From an uncultured Candidatus Saccharibacteria bacterium (GTDB lineage Bacteria; Patescibacteriota; Saccharimonadia; Saccharimonadales; Saccharimonadaceae), in the NCBI GenBank assembly GCA_963538815.1, contig CAUTJK010000002.1, positions 17,571-81,570 of the forward strand: a stretch of 64,000 nucleotides of DNA. The letters run 5' to 3'. The translations under genes were made by a program, and so were the position numbers. Under the pieces are notes generated by a model that was given only the letters and a program-made list of their open reading frames with translations, searched no databases and was not told the origin of the DNA. Below are positions 49,550 through 57,859 of this stretch, in pieces (positions within the stretch are counted from its first letter, which is position 1; every line of letters begins with the position of its first letter).

Positions 49550-50290
49550 ATGACGAAACCATTTGTATTGCTACAGTCGCGCCCCGAGGATGAGGCGTCG
49601 GATAATGAATATCAGGCATTTTTACACTTTGGTGGCCTTGCGCCAACCGACCTCGAGCGAGTGCGCATTGAGGCAGGGCAGCGCCCTGCGCAGTCGCTTG
49701 CTGCCTATAGTGGTGTGCTGATGGGTGGTGGCCCGGCCAACTTTGCCTACGCTCCAGCCGAGAAGCCCGCCGAGCAGCGCGAGTTCGAAGCCGTGATGAT
49801 GCCACTGCTGCGCGAGATTATTACCCATGATATCCCATTTCTTGGCGCCTGCCTGGGGGTTGGCGCGCTGGTCTCGGCGCTGGGTGGTACGCCTAGCTTT
49901 GCGTATGGTGAGGCAATTGGTGCTGTGCCGATCACCCTCACGCCAGCAGCTAGAGATGACCCACTCCTCGCTGACGTACCTACTACCTTCGACGGCTTCG
50001 TTGGGCACAAAGAAGGGGTGCTTGAGCCACCGGCTGCTTGTACTGTCTTGGCGCGCTCGCGCAGGTGCGTGCAGATGCTGCGAGTGGGGCGCAACGTGTA
50101 TGCCACGCAGTTTCATCCCGAGCTCGACCCGGAGAGCCTTGCTCTGCGTATCGATATCTATCGCCACGCTGGCTACTGTGCTCCGGACGAAGCCGATACC
50201 CTCATCGCCAATGCCCGCCAGCAAACCGTCACCGAACCAGTCAAGATTCTGCGCCGGTTTGTGCAGCATTATCGGCAGGAAGAGCTCTAG
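49550..50290 (+). CDS. Class I glutamine amidotransferase domain protein
   Basis: Nucleophile elbow FLGACLGVG and TQFHPE. Confidence 0.85.
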   Translation: MTKPFVLLQSRPEDEASDNEYQAFLHFGGLAPTDLERVRIEAGQRPAQSLAAYSGVLMGGGPANFAYAPAEKPAEQREFEAVMMPLLREIITHDIPFLGACLGVGALVSALGGTPSFAYGEAIGAVPITLTPAARDDPLLADVPTTFDGFVGHKEGVLEPPAACTVLARSRRCVQMLRVGRNVYATQFHPELDPESLALRIDIYRHAGYCAPDEADTLIANARQQTVTEPVKILRRFVQHYRQEEL

Positions 50291-50668
50291 GCTCGATCTT
50301 ACTCATCTTCCGCTTGCTATGCTTCCATCAAGCTATGAATGGCCGACATATTCGTTATATCGACCGCTAAGAGTTGGAGGAAAGTTAGCTTATGTGGCAC
50401 ACTTATTATTTACCAAATGAGATGGTAGGGAAGAGGCTCGCATAGGCAAAAATGGTTTTGATGTAAGAACGCGTACTATTTGTCTACTTCTTGTGCAAAA
50501 ACATACCCCTTGACCTATATAGGCAGTAGGCTATAGCACATAGCTTTGAGTAATAGTTGTAGCTAGATACTAGCTGTATCTTGCTTGGGTATAATCCTAT
50601 TAAATCCAGCTATGAACCCATATAGGGGGTGGCCTATGGGGTATTGGTAAGAACAGAGGTAATAAGAT

Positions 50669-51256
50669 TTGCAAATTATCAATATATCATATATGATAAT
50701 GAGCATTATGAAATTATTTGAAAAAAGTTCAATTCCGAATCACGTACGGATTCATACTGATTCTGTCGTTCTGCCATCGATCAAGCGCTATGACGGTGCG
50801 TATACCACACCGGTTAGCCTGGCAACTGACATACGTCTAGAAGGTGAGGGGCGCAAGCAGCAATTGGTGGTGGATGTCGTCCATACGACGCAGGGGAGCC
50901 ACAAGGATTTTCTTGATCGAGGTATCGTATCAGACTATGGATTTACAACGGCAGCGCTACCTGGCATAACGGGTGAGATGCGTGGCTGGATGGGCGAAGG
51001 CGAAGGTGATGGAGTGGTAAATGTCCTCGCACTTATTCGGCCGGTTGACGTTGCAAAGAGAGGTATGGTTAATGAGCGGCACAACCCAGAGGTAGTGCGC
51101 GCACGGCACATTGGTAAGCTCGCTGCTATGGCAATGGCCCAGTACCTGCTCCTTGACAAGCAGGCCGATGCAGATATGACCTTTGATACGAAGATACTGC
51201 AAAAAACCATGAACAAGCATAAAAAGCGTGGTGATGTAGCAATACTCCTGCCGTAA
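50669..51256 (+). CDS. Hypothetical protein (start TTG 50669 or ATG 50693/50708)
   Basis: ORF in an AT-rich segment with GAGG upstream; no motif. Confidence 0.5.
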   Translation: MQIINISYMIMSIMKLFEKSSIPNHVRIHTDSVVLPSIKRYDGAYTTPVSLATDIRLEGEGRKQQLVVDVVHTTQGSHKDFLDRGIVSDYGFTTAALPGITGEMRGWMGEGEGDGVVNVLALIRPVDVAKRGMVNERHNPEVVRARHIGKLAAMAMAQYLLLDKQADADMTFDTKILQKTMNKHKKRGDVAILLP

Positions 51257-51310
51257 GCTCATGCCTCGCAAGGGGTATAGGCACACTATATTACAAGCCT
51301 GTGGAAACAT

Positions 51311-51347
51311 AAGAAGCTCGATAGTTCATACGAGCTTCTTTGCTTTT
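51311..51347. terminator. Bidirectional hairpin terminator between convergent genes
   Basis: AAGAAGCTCG / CGAGCTTCTT stem followed by TGCTTTT. Confidence 0.75.
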
Positions 51348-51466
51348 GGCGGGGGTAAAGAATCGCTACTCGCGGAGAGGTCAAACTGTTGTGCTTAGCT
51401 ACTATTGATTGAGAAAATAATCTTCACGTAGATACCCTGCCACCCACTGATAGGATAGGGCTACCC

Positions 51467-51841
51467 CTATGCATCAGTGTGACACACTGCCTCAATATTA
51501 TGCCCGTTTGGGTCGATGAGGAAGGCACCGTAATAGTTTGGATGATAGATCGCTCGCACGCCTGGTGCGCCATTGTCCTGTGCTCCTGCTGCTAGGCCAG
51601 CTGCATAGAATGCATCAACTGCTGCCCGCGATGGTGCAGCAAAGGCAAAGTGCAGTGGCGATGATGGCTCGCCTTGCCCAAGCCAAAGTATCCCGGTGTG
51701 TTGCATCCGGACTGGGCTGCTAAAGCCTACGCCATATGATTCGTCAATTGTCTTGGCATAGCCCAGTGGTGCCAATACCACTTCATAAAAGGCCTTGCTT
51801 GCTTCAATGTCTTTAACGATGATGCCGAAGTGGTCGATCAT
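51467..51841 (-). CDS. VOC family protein (glyoxalase/bleomycin resistance/dioxygenase fold)
   Basis: AGGAGG RBS; MIDHFGIIVKDIEASKAFY...GAFLIDPNGHNIEA. Confidence 0.85.
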   Translation of the reverse strand: MIDHFGIIVKDIEASKAFYEVVLAPLGYAKTIDESYGVGFSSPVRMQHTGILWLGQGEPSSPLHFAFAAPSRAAVDAFYAAGLAAGAQDNGAPGVRAIYHPNYYGAFLIDPNGHNIEAVCHTDA

Positions 51842-52043
51842 GAGGTACCTCCTTGTGATATACCGCTTAGTATGTTGTCTCCCAGTATACGCCACAAATG
51901 ATGACAGAGGCAATGGGCTCGTAAGGTGAAATGATAGATAAATACAGGTGGGTGATAGGGGTATGGGCATTACTCTTGCCTCCCACTATTACACGCAATG
52001 GAATGAATAGTGGCGTTGATAGCTATGCAGCAATGCAAAAGCG

Positions 52044-52069
52044 AAAAAAATGACCACCCCACAGTGGTC
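52044..52069 (-). terminator. Orphan minus-strand terminator-like hairpin
   Basis: Minus strand reads GACCACTGTGGGGTGGTC followed by ATTTTTTT. No minus-strand gene is annotated upstream of it. Confidence 0.45.
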
Positions 52070-52280
52070 TAGTGCCAGTAAAAAATCTCCACGACTTTTC
52101 CACACCATCCTAGACACTAGATATGGGCACGCTATATATAGCGTAGGTAAGGATAGAACTCTTGATCATAACAGGGGTAGTGATGGTGCGCGGCATCAAC
52201 ATAATGCTGTATTTGGCAAGCACTCCACACACCATATGGTATAATTACCTCGATAACCCCATAAACAAGGAGACAAGCAG

Positions 52281-52658
52281 ATGAGTAATTTTCCGGTAGT
52301 GCGCGTTGAGCGTGTTGATGTGCGGAATGAGAGCGCGTCGAAAATTGACGTGTGGGCACGCATCAAGAATGAGTCCGACCGGCAGGTGAAGGTTGTGAGC
52401 TGGGAGTATCTGGGGAATATGCGCAACGAGTCGCACACGCTCAACCCGGGCAATACGGTGGATATGATGCTCTACAGTGGTGTGCCCAAGAACTACCCAG
52501 ACCAAATGTACATTCGCTACGAAGCCGAGCATGATGGTGGCAGGCATTACTTCTTGGCGCGGCACCAGGCGAAATTTGACGAGCGCTATAACAATGACAC
52601 CAAGTGGTATCGGCCATCAGACTGGATGGAGTTCCAGCGCGTGGACCGTGGTAACTAG
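52281..52658 (+). CDS. Hypothetical small protein (co-transcribed with rnhA)
   Basis: AAGGAG RBS; its stop codon is 1 nt before the rnhA ATG. Confidence 0.6.
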   Translation: MSNFPVVRVERVDVRNESASKIDVWARIKNESDRQVKVVSWEYLGNMRNESHTLNPGNTVDMMLYSGVPKNYPDQMYIRYEAEHDGGRHYFLARHQAKFDERYNNDTKWYRPSDWMEFQRVDRGN

Positions 52659-52659
52659 C

Positions 52660-53100
52660 ATGGCAGCCGCTCCACGCATCTTCTACACCGATGGCAGCGC
52701 CAGCCCCAATCCTGGCCCGGGTGGCTATGCCGTTATTGAGCAGGGTAAGCCCGTGGCGCTGGGCAGCGAGCCAGGCAACACGACGAACATCCGCATGGAG
52801 GGGATGGCCCTCATCGCAGCCATGCAGTTAGCTGGGGCTGAGGAATGCGAGATCCATACCGATAGCGAATTTTGGGTTAATGTCCTCACCAAGTGGGCAC
52901 CTGGCTGGGCAGCCAAGGGTTGGCGCAAGAGCAGCGGGCCCATCAAGAACCTTGAGCTCGTGCAAGAAGCCTATGCGCTTTATACCACCGTGCAGCCGAA
53001 GCTCATCTGGGTGCGCGGCCACAACGGCCATGAGCAAAATGAGCTCGCCGACCAATGGGCCAACCGAGCACGAGCTGGGGAGCGCCTTGGAGGAGAATGA
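52660..53100 (+). CDS. rnhA: Ribonuclease HI
   Basis: DEDD(H) residues in FYTDGSA, NIRMEGMA, IHTDSEF, HNGHEQNELAD. Confidence 0.9.
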   Translation: MAAAPRIFYTDGSASPNPGPGGYAVIEQGKPVALGSEPGNTTNIRMEGMALIAAMQLAGAEECEIHTDSEFWVNVLTKWAPGWAAKGWRKSSGPIKNLELVQEAYALYTTVQPKLIWVRGHNGHEQNELADQWANRARAGERLGGE

Positions 53101-53108
53101 GCAGCAAG

Positions 53109-53134
53109 AAACCGGTCATAGCGACCGGTTTTTT
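53109..53134 (+). terminator. Rho-independent terminator
   Basis: AACCGGTC / GACCGGTT stem followed by TTTT. Confidence 0.8.
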
Positions 53135-53362
53135 AGTTATGGAAAATCTGGCTGCGGAGTGCTTACTCTATATAAAAGAATGTATACTCTATGTACCAGG
53201 CTCAAGCTCGTTGAATAGTCTTGGATCGTAGCCAAGCAGCTGGATAGCTCGTTCTTCCTCTGACCTAGAGCTAGCTGCTGCTTGAGCGGTAGCTTGGGCA
53301 GCAGCATCTTTCTTGTCGCGTTGTGCTACATCGACGAGGTGGATATTTCTAACACAAATATA

Positions 53363-53371
53363 TGCTATACT
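53363..53371 (+). promoter_or_regulatory. Extended -10 box (TGCTATACT) driving the SAM riboswitch-metK transcript
   Basis: Located about 15 nt upstream of the P1 helix of the aptamer. Confidence 0.55.
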
Positions 53372-53385
53372 ATTACCAATATCAC

Positions 53386-53550
53386 TAATATCCAGAGTGC
53401 GACGAGGGACTGGCCCGATGACTCGCCAGCAACCTGCCCAGGAAGTGAGCAAGGTGCTAATTCCAGCCTGTGCGCAGGGAAGATATGAGATACATAAGAG
53501 CATAGCTCCGTTCTCGCCTGGCAGTGCAGGATAAGAGAAGGGAGTTTTTT
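53386..53550 (+). promoter_or_regulatory. SAM-I (S-box) riboswitch with terminator/SD-sequestering expression platform
   Basis: The aptamer matches the S-box consensus: AUAUCCAGAG...GAGGGACUGGCCCGAUGA...CAGCAACC...GGUGCUAAUUCCAGC...GAAGAUAU. The platform stem CTCCGTTCTC/GAGAAGGGAG plus T6 (53506-53550) contains the SD. Confidence 0.85.
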
Positions 53551-54561
53551 ATGACAGCAACGACTATAATATCAGCACAGTTTCGCACTGCCGAGAGTGT
53601 GAGCCCAGGCCACCCCGATAAGCTGTGCGACCAAATGAGCGACGCCATCCTCGATGCCTACCTAACTCACGACCCGCAGGCACGTGTGGCGGTGGAAGTG
53701 TGTGGCGGCCACGGCACGGTGTTTGTGACGGGCGAAGTAACGTCCCGAGCAGTGGTGGCAGTAGCGCCGATTGTGCAGCGTTTGGCGGGGAGTGAGATAG
53801 AGATTATTGAGCACATTGCGCAGCAGAGCCCGGAGATTGCGCGCGGTGTGGATGATGGCGGGGCGGGCGACCAAGGCGTGATGATCGGCTACGCTTGCAA
53901 CGAAACGCCTGAGCTGCTTCCACTAGAAACAGTGCTGGCGCGGCGATTGAACCAATTCTTGTATCAACGTTGGCCCTACGATGGCAAAACGCAAGTAACA
54001 CTGCGTGGCGGGCAGATAACGGCAATTGTTGCAAGCTTCCAACACGCGCCAAAAGACGAATTAACAGAGGCGGTAGAGGAGTGGCTTCAGCAGCAAACGT
54101 ATGTGAACACATTTTTTAAGGATAAGCAATATGACGCGCCAGTGCTACACTGCAACCCAGCCGGGGACTGGCAGATTGGTGGCTTTGCGGCTGATGCTGG
54201 CCTGACGGGGCGCAAGCTCATTGTCGATAACTACGGGCCGCGAGTGCCAATTGGTGGTGGAGCCTTTAGCGGCAAGGATGCCACCAAGGTGGATCGCTCG
54301 GCGGCGTATATGGCGCGGCGCATTGCAGTGGATTATCTACGGCAGCACCACGCGCAGGAGGTGCTGGTGCGCCTGGCGTATGCAATCGGCCACGACCAGC
54401 CCGTCGAGGCCATCGCCATCATCGATAGTGTAGAGCAGCCTATTACAGGCTACGACCTCAGCCCGCATGGCATCATCACCTCGCTTCAGCTCACTCAGCC
54501 TATCTACGAGCCAACCGCCCGCTGGGGGCACTTTGGTGAGGGGTTTGTGTGGGATCGGTAG
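53551..54561 (+). CDS. metK: S-adenosylmethionine synthetase
   Basis: ESVSPGHPDKLCDQMSDAILD, GAGDQG, GGGAFSGKDATKVDRS. Confidence 0.92.
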   Translation: MTATTIISAQFRTAESVSPGHPDKLCDQMSDAILDAYLTHDPQARVAVEVCGGHGTVFVTGEVTSRAVVAVAPIVQRLAGSEIEIIEHIAQQSPEIARGVDDGGAGDQGVMIGYACNETPELLPLETVLARRLNQFLYQRWPYDGKTQVTLRGGQITAIVASFQHAPKDELTEAVEEWLQQQTYVNTFFKDKQYDAPVLHCNPAGDWQIGGFAADAGLTGRKLIVDNYGPRVPIGGGAFSGKDATKVDRSAAYMARRIAVDYLRQHHAQEVLVRLAYAIGHDQPVEAIAIIDSVEQPITGYDLSPHGIITSLQLTQPIYEPTARWGHFGEGFVWDR

Positions 54562-54684
54562 GGTGGTGAGGCTGAGCCAATATTTCATCAGGTGAGTTTG
54601 CTGCAGTGGGCTGATAGGGTGTCTTGACGTGCGGCTTCCTTCTATTGTATTTTTTGCCCCATTGTGCTTTACTATAATAATTCT

Positions 54685-55212
54685 ATGCGCGAAACAATTG
54701 TGACACCCAAATCAGCAGCAACTGCATATGTAAGTGCGTTTTTTGTTGGTGAAGAGCACCCAGCGGCACGGCTCGGTATGGTGATCGACCTCACCTTTGA
54801 TGATAAAGATAATCCAGAATTTGATATAGCAATTGGCAATTATGGGGGGCATTGGCAGCTTGCTCAGCGTGCTGGTAAGCATAATTTGCGTGCACCATTG
54901 CCGCTGTGCTGTGCATATGACCAAGGCATGGCGCGTGGGTGGTTTGATGAAACACTTGGCGGTAGTGTGGCGCATGGCGTAGACGACCTCCGCGAGACGA
55001 ATATTCAAACACCCGAAGAGACGCGGCGTATAGTGGCTATTGGTGGCTTGGTAGTAGCGCATTTTCTCGATAATCCACAGCAGGCATTCCTTGCTCACCT
55101 CAGTCGTCGGCACGCAATAGCCATGCAGTCATTTAATACAGCACAACTGCAAGCACTTGAGCAAACGCACTACACGCAGCTCATTCCTGGTAGTGCAACA
55201 TTACCACAATAG
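54685..55212 (+). CDS. Hypothetical protein
   Basis: TATAAT (54673-54678) ends 7 nt before the ATG; no motif. Confidence 0.55.
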   Translation: MRETIVTPKSAATAYVSAFFVGEEHPAARLGMVIDLTFDDKDNPEFDIAIGNYGGHWQLAQRAGKHNLRAPLPLCCAYDQGMARGWFDETLGGSVAHGVDDLRETNIQTPEETRRIVAIGGLVVAHFLDNPQQAFLAHLSRRHAIAMQSFNTAQLQALEQTHYTQLIPGSATLPQ

Positions 55213-55260
55213 ACTACCCATACTTTGCCTCTCACCCCACAACCTTGTATACTAGAACCT

Positions 55261-56793
55261 ATGGATCAGACACTTGCACAGGAGATTTTGCTCAGTAGCC
55301 AGAGTGCGCTGCTGACAGGCCCGGCGGGCACGGGCAAGACGTATGTGTTGGGGCAGTTCATCCGCCAGTGTAGGGCGGATGGCAAGTATGTGTCCGTTAC
55401 TGCCACGACAGGGCTTGCGGCGACTCACCTGGGCGGCAGCACCATCCACGCATGGGCGGGGATTGGCATCCACGATAGCTTGCCGAACAATTTTTTTGAT
55501 CACCTGTCGAAGACGCGGCGCGATATCATTGCCAAGACAGATGTACTCATCATCGATGAGATTAGTATGTTGCACGACTACCGCCTGGATATGATCGACG
55601 AAGTGTGCCGCCGCGTGCGCGAGGTACCGAATCAGCCTTTTGGTGGGCTGCAGGTAGTGATGAGTGGGGACTTCTTCCAGCTACCGCCAGTTAATCGCGA
55701 TGGCGGGCGGCAGGGGAGCTTTGTGGTACAGTCGCAAGCCTGGCACCAGCTCGACCCAGCCATTCTGTACCTCGACCAGCAATACCGCCAGCAAAAGGGC
55801 GACGCTCTGCTCGATATCCTAACGGCTATGCGAGCTGGTGATCTGCGCCGACGCCATGCCGAGCAATTACTGGCCCGCACAGAGGTAGAGCCACCTCACG
55901 AGAGCGACCTGACTGAGCTTCATACTGTTAATATCGACGTCGATCGGATCAACCAAGCTCGCCTCGCTGAGCTGCCTGGCGACGAAGTATCGTACCAGCG
56001 CAGCAGCACTGGTGGGCAAAATTACGTCGATACCTTGCAGCGGAGCATTCTTGCGCCAGAAGTGCTAGTGCTCAAGCGGGGTGCACTAGTGATGGCCATC
56101 AAGAACGACCAAGCCCGGCGCTTTGCCAATGGGAGTATTGGCCGGGTAACAGGCTTCGAGCCAGGCACAGACTACCCGGTGGTGGAGTTTCGTAATGGCC
56201 ATGTGGTGACGATGCAGCCCGATACTTGGGAGCTGCGCGATGGTACGCGCAAACGGGCCAGCATCTCGCAGCTGCCACTGCGCCTGGCTTGGGCGATTAC
56301 TGTACACAAGAGCCAGGGGATGACGCTCGATGGCGCACGCATCGACCTACGCAAAGCCTTTGTTCCGGGTATGGGCTATGTAGCACTGAGCCGCGTTAAG
56401 AGCCTCGATACTATATACCTCACCGGCATCAACCGCATGGCACTTACCATGAGCGATGAAGCATACATCATCGACACGCAGCTGCGCACCCGAGCTACCC
56501 AAGATGCCGAGCGCTTTGCACATCTGCGCGAACAGGCTGCTCAGCGTGCTACAACGCAGCAGAAGAAGCCGACGAGTAAAACTAGCAGCACTAGCTGGGC
56601 GGCCAAGATCGCCACAATGCGCCAGACCCACCCCAATGCCTACAAACCATGGACAAAGGTTGACGATGAGACGCTCAAGCAGGCCTTCGTCCAAGGCGTG
56701 AGCATTGGCCAGCTCAGCCGCACTCTCGGCCGGCACGAAGGCTCGATAAAAATGCGACTGCAAAAGCATTTTGGCGAGGATGCGGTGCAGTAG
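55261..56793 (+). CDS. Pif1/RecD-family SF1B DNA helicase with C-terminal HTH-like tail
   Basis: GPAGTGKT, IIDEISM, GDFFQLPPV, ITVHKSQGMT, YVALSRV. The tail is WTKVDDETLKQAFVQGVSIGQLSRTLGRHEGSIKMRL. Confidence 0.85.
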   Translation: MDQTLAQEILLSSQSALLTGPAGTGKTYVLGQFIRQCRADGKYVSVTATTGLAATHLGGSTIHAWAGIGIHDSLPNNFFDHLSKTRRDIIAKTDVLIIDEISMLHDYRLDMIDEVCRRVREVPNQPFGGLQVVMSGDFFQLPPVNRDGGRQGSFVVQSQAWHQLDPAILYLDQQYRQQKGDALLDILTAMRAGDLRRRHAEQLLARTEVEPPHESDLTELHTVNIDVDRINQARLAELPGDEVSYQRSSTGGQNYVDTLQRSILAPEVLVLKRGALVMAIKNDQARRFANGSIGRVTGFEPGTDYPVVEFRNGHVVTMQPDTWELRDGTRKRASISQLPLRLAWAITVHKSQGMTLDGARIDLRKAFVPGMGYVALSRVKSLDTIYLTGINRMALTMSDEAYIIDTQLRTRATQDAERFAHLREQAAQRATTQQKKPTSKTSSTSWAAKIATMRQTHPNAYKPWTKVDDETLKQAFVQGVSIGQLSRTLGRHEGSIKMRLQKHFGEDAVQ

Positions 56794-56990
56794 CGCATTG
56801 CTATCCCAAAGTCTGGGATCGTCTCATGCTTCTCAACAGATTACAGTAAACAAAAATGAATGTTCTTGTAACGCGCTCAGCTCCTATACGAGCGTTGCAA
56901 ACCTCTCAGTACCTCCCTCCTGTAGTTTACTAATTGACAAACCTCCTCGGTATCTCTTACAATAAGTAATCTAGACAATAAGGAGAAAAT

Positions 56991-57818
56991 ATGGCAAATC
57001 CAGAGAGAGAGAGAGAGAGAGCCTTAACAGGCAGCGCTGAGCGCCGAAGTATAAAAGACTCCACGATCATCCAGTCGTTGGGTCAGTTGTCGACCCATCG
57101 TGTAATCACACTAGAAAATACATCACCAAGTACAGCTAGCATCATAAAACAACCGACAGGTGCCGCCTCCATCCGACAGAATAGTGTTTTCCTTAGCGCT
57201 CGAGAAAAGATGAAAGACAGCTTCATTATGTTGGGGTATGTAAAGGAATCTCAAGCGACCATGCGGCTTAATTCACATGATATTGCCTATGTAGAGATGA
57301 ACTCGTCTGGAAGGGTATCTCTTGAAAAAAACGAGACGGGTGTGATAGCGACAAGCGGGTTGGCAGGCTGCACTGGTGTGGCTGGTTTTGCAAAAAGTCG
57401 AGATGGGAAAATTCAATCGTTTGTTTCGCATTATGATGCTCTGAGTCAGAATAGCCGCATAACAAGAAAAGATAGTCCGGTTAATCGGGATCTCTATACT
57501 TTTCGCTACCAAGTAGAAAAAGACGACACCCAAAGTACGCCATTGTATGTTGTTTCATATCCTGCATCGAGTTGCTATGATCAGGATTATGGTAAGCGAC
57601 GGGGAGTGTTTCGAGAATGGCATTATATGGACCAGATCAATACTACAATAGCGCAGCTGGGCAAAAACGCACAAGTCCTCCTCTTGCCATATGAGCTTAA
57701 CTCACAAGGTCACTCTCTTGCGAGTGGCCGTATTGATGGCAAAGAAGGGATATTTTGGGATGGTGTCTATATTGATTTTGCTGACTATATTGGCGATACG
57801 GCAGCTAACAAACGGTAA
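56991..57818 (+). CDS. Hypothetical protein, low GC, with (AG)10 tract in codons 4-11
   Basis: AAGGAG RBS; ORF intact at the present repeat length. Confidence 0.6.
   Translation: MANPERERERALTGSAERRSIKDSTIIQSLGQLSTHRVITLENTSPSTASIIKQPTGAASIRQNSVFLSAREKMKDSFIMLGYVKESQATMRLNSHDIAYVEMNSSGRVSLEKNETGVIATSGLAGCTGVAGFAKSRDGKIQSFVSHYDALSQNSRITRKDSPVNRDLYTFRYQVEKDDTQSTPLYVVSYPASSCYDQDYGKRRGVFREWHYMDQINTTIAQLGKNAQVLLLPYELNSQGHSLASGRIDGKEGIFWDGVYIDFADYIGDTAANKR
57002..57021 (+). repeat. (AG)10 dinucleotide microsatellite inside the 5' coding region
   Basis: AGAGAGAGAGAGAGAGAGAG starting 11 nt after the ATG and encoding ERERERER. Confidence 0.95.
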
Positions 57819-57859
57819 CAAGTTTAGTTATAAAGGTATAGTTGTAGTAGAATAGCTAC

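Noticed and set aside
53189-53503. 104-aa minus-strand ORF
   Set aside because: It overlaps the promoter and aptamer of the SAM-I riboswitch on the opposite strand, and it has no RBS and an odd composition.
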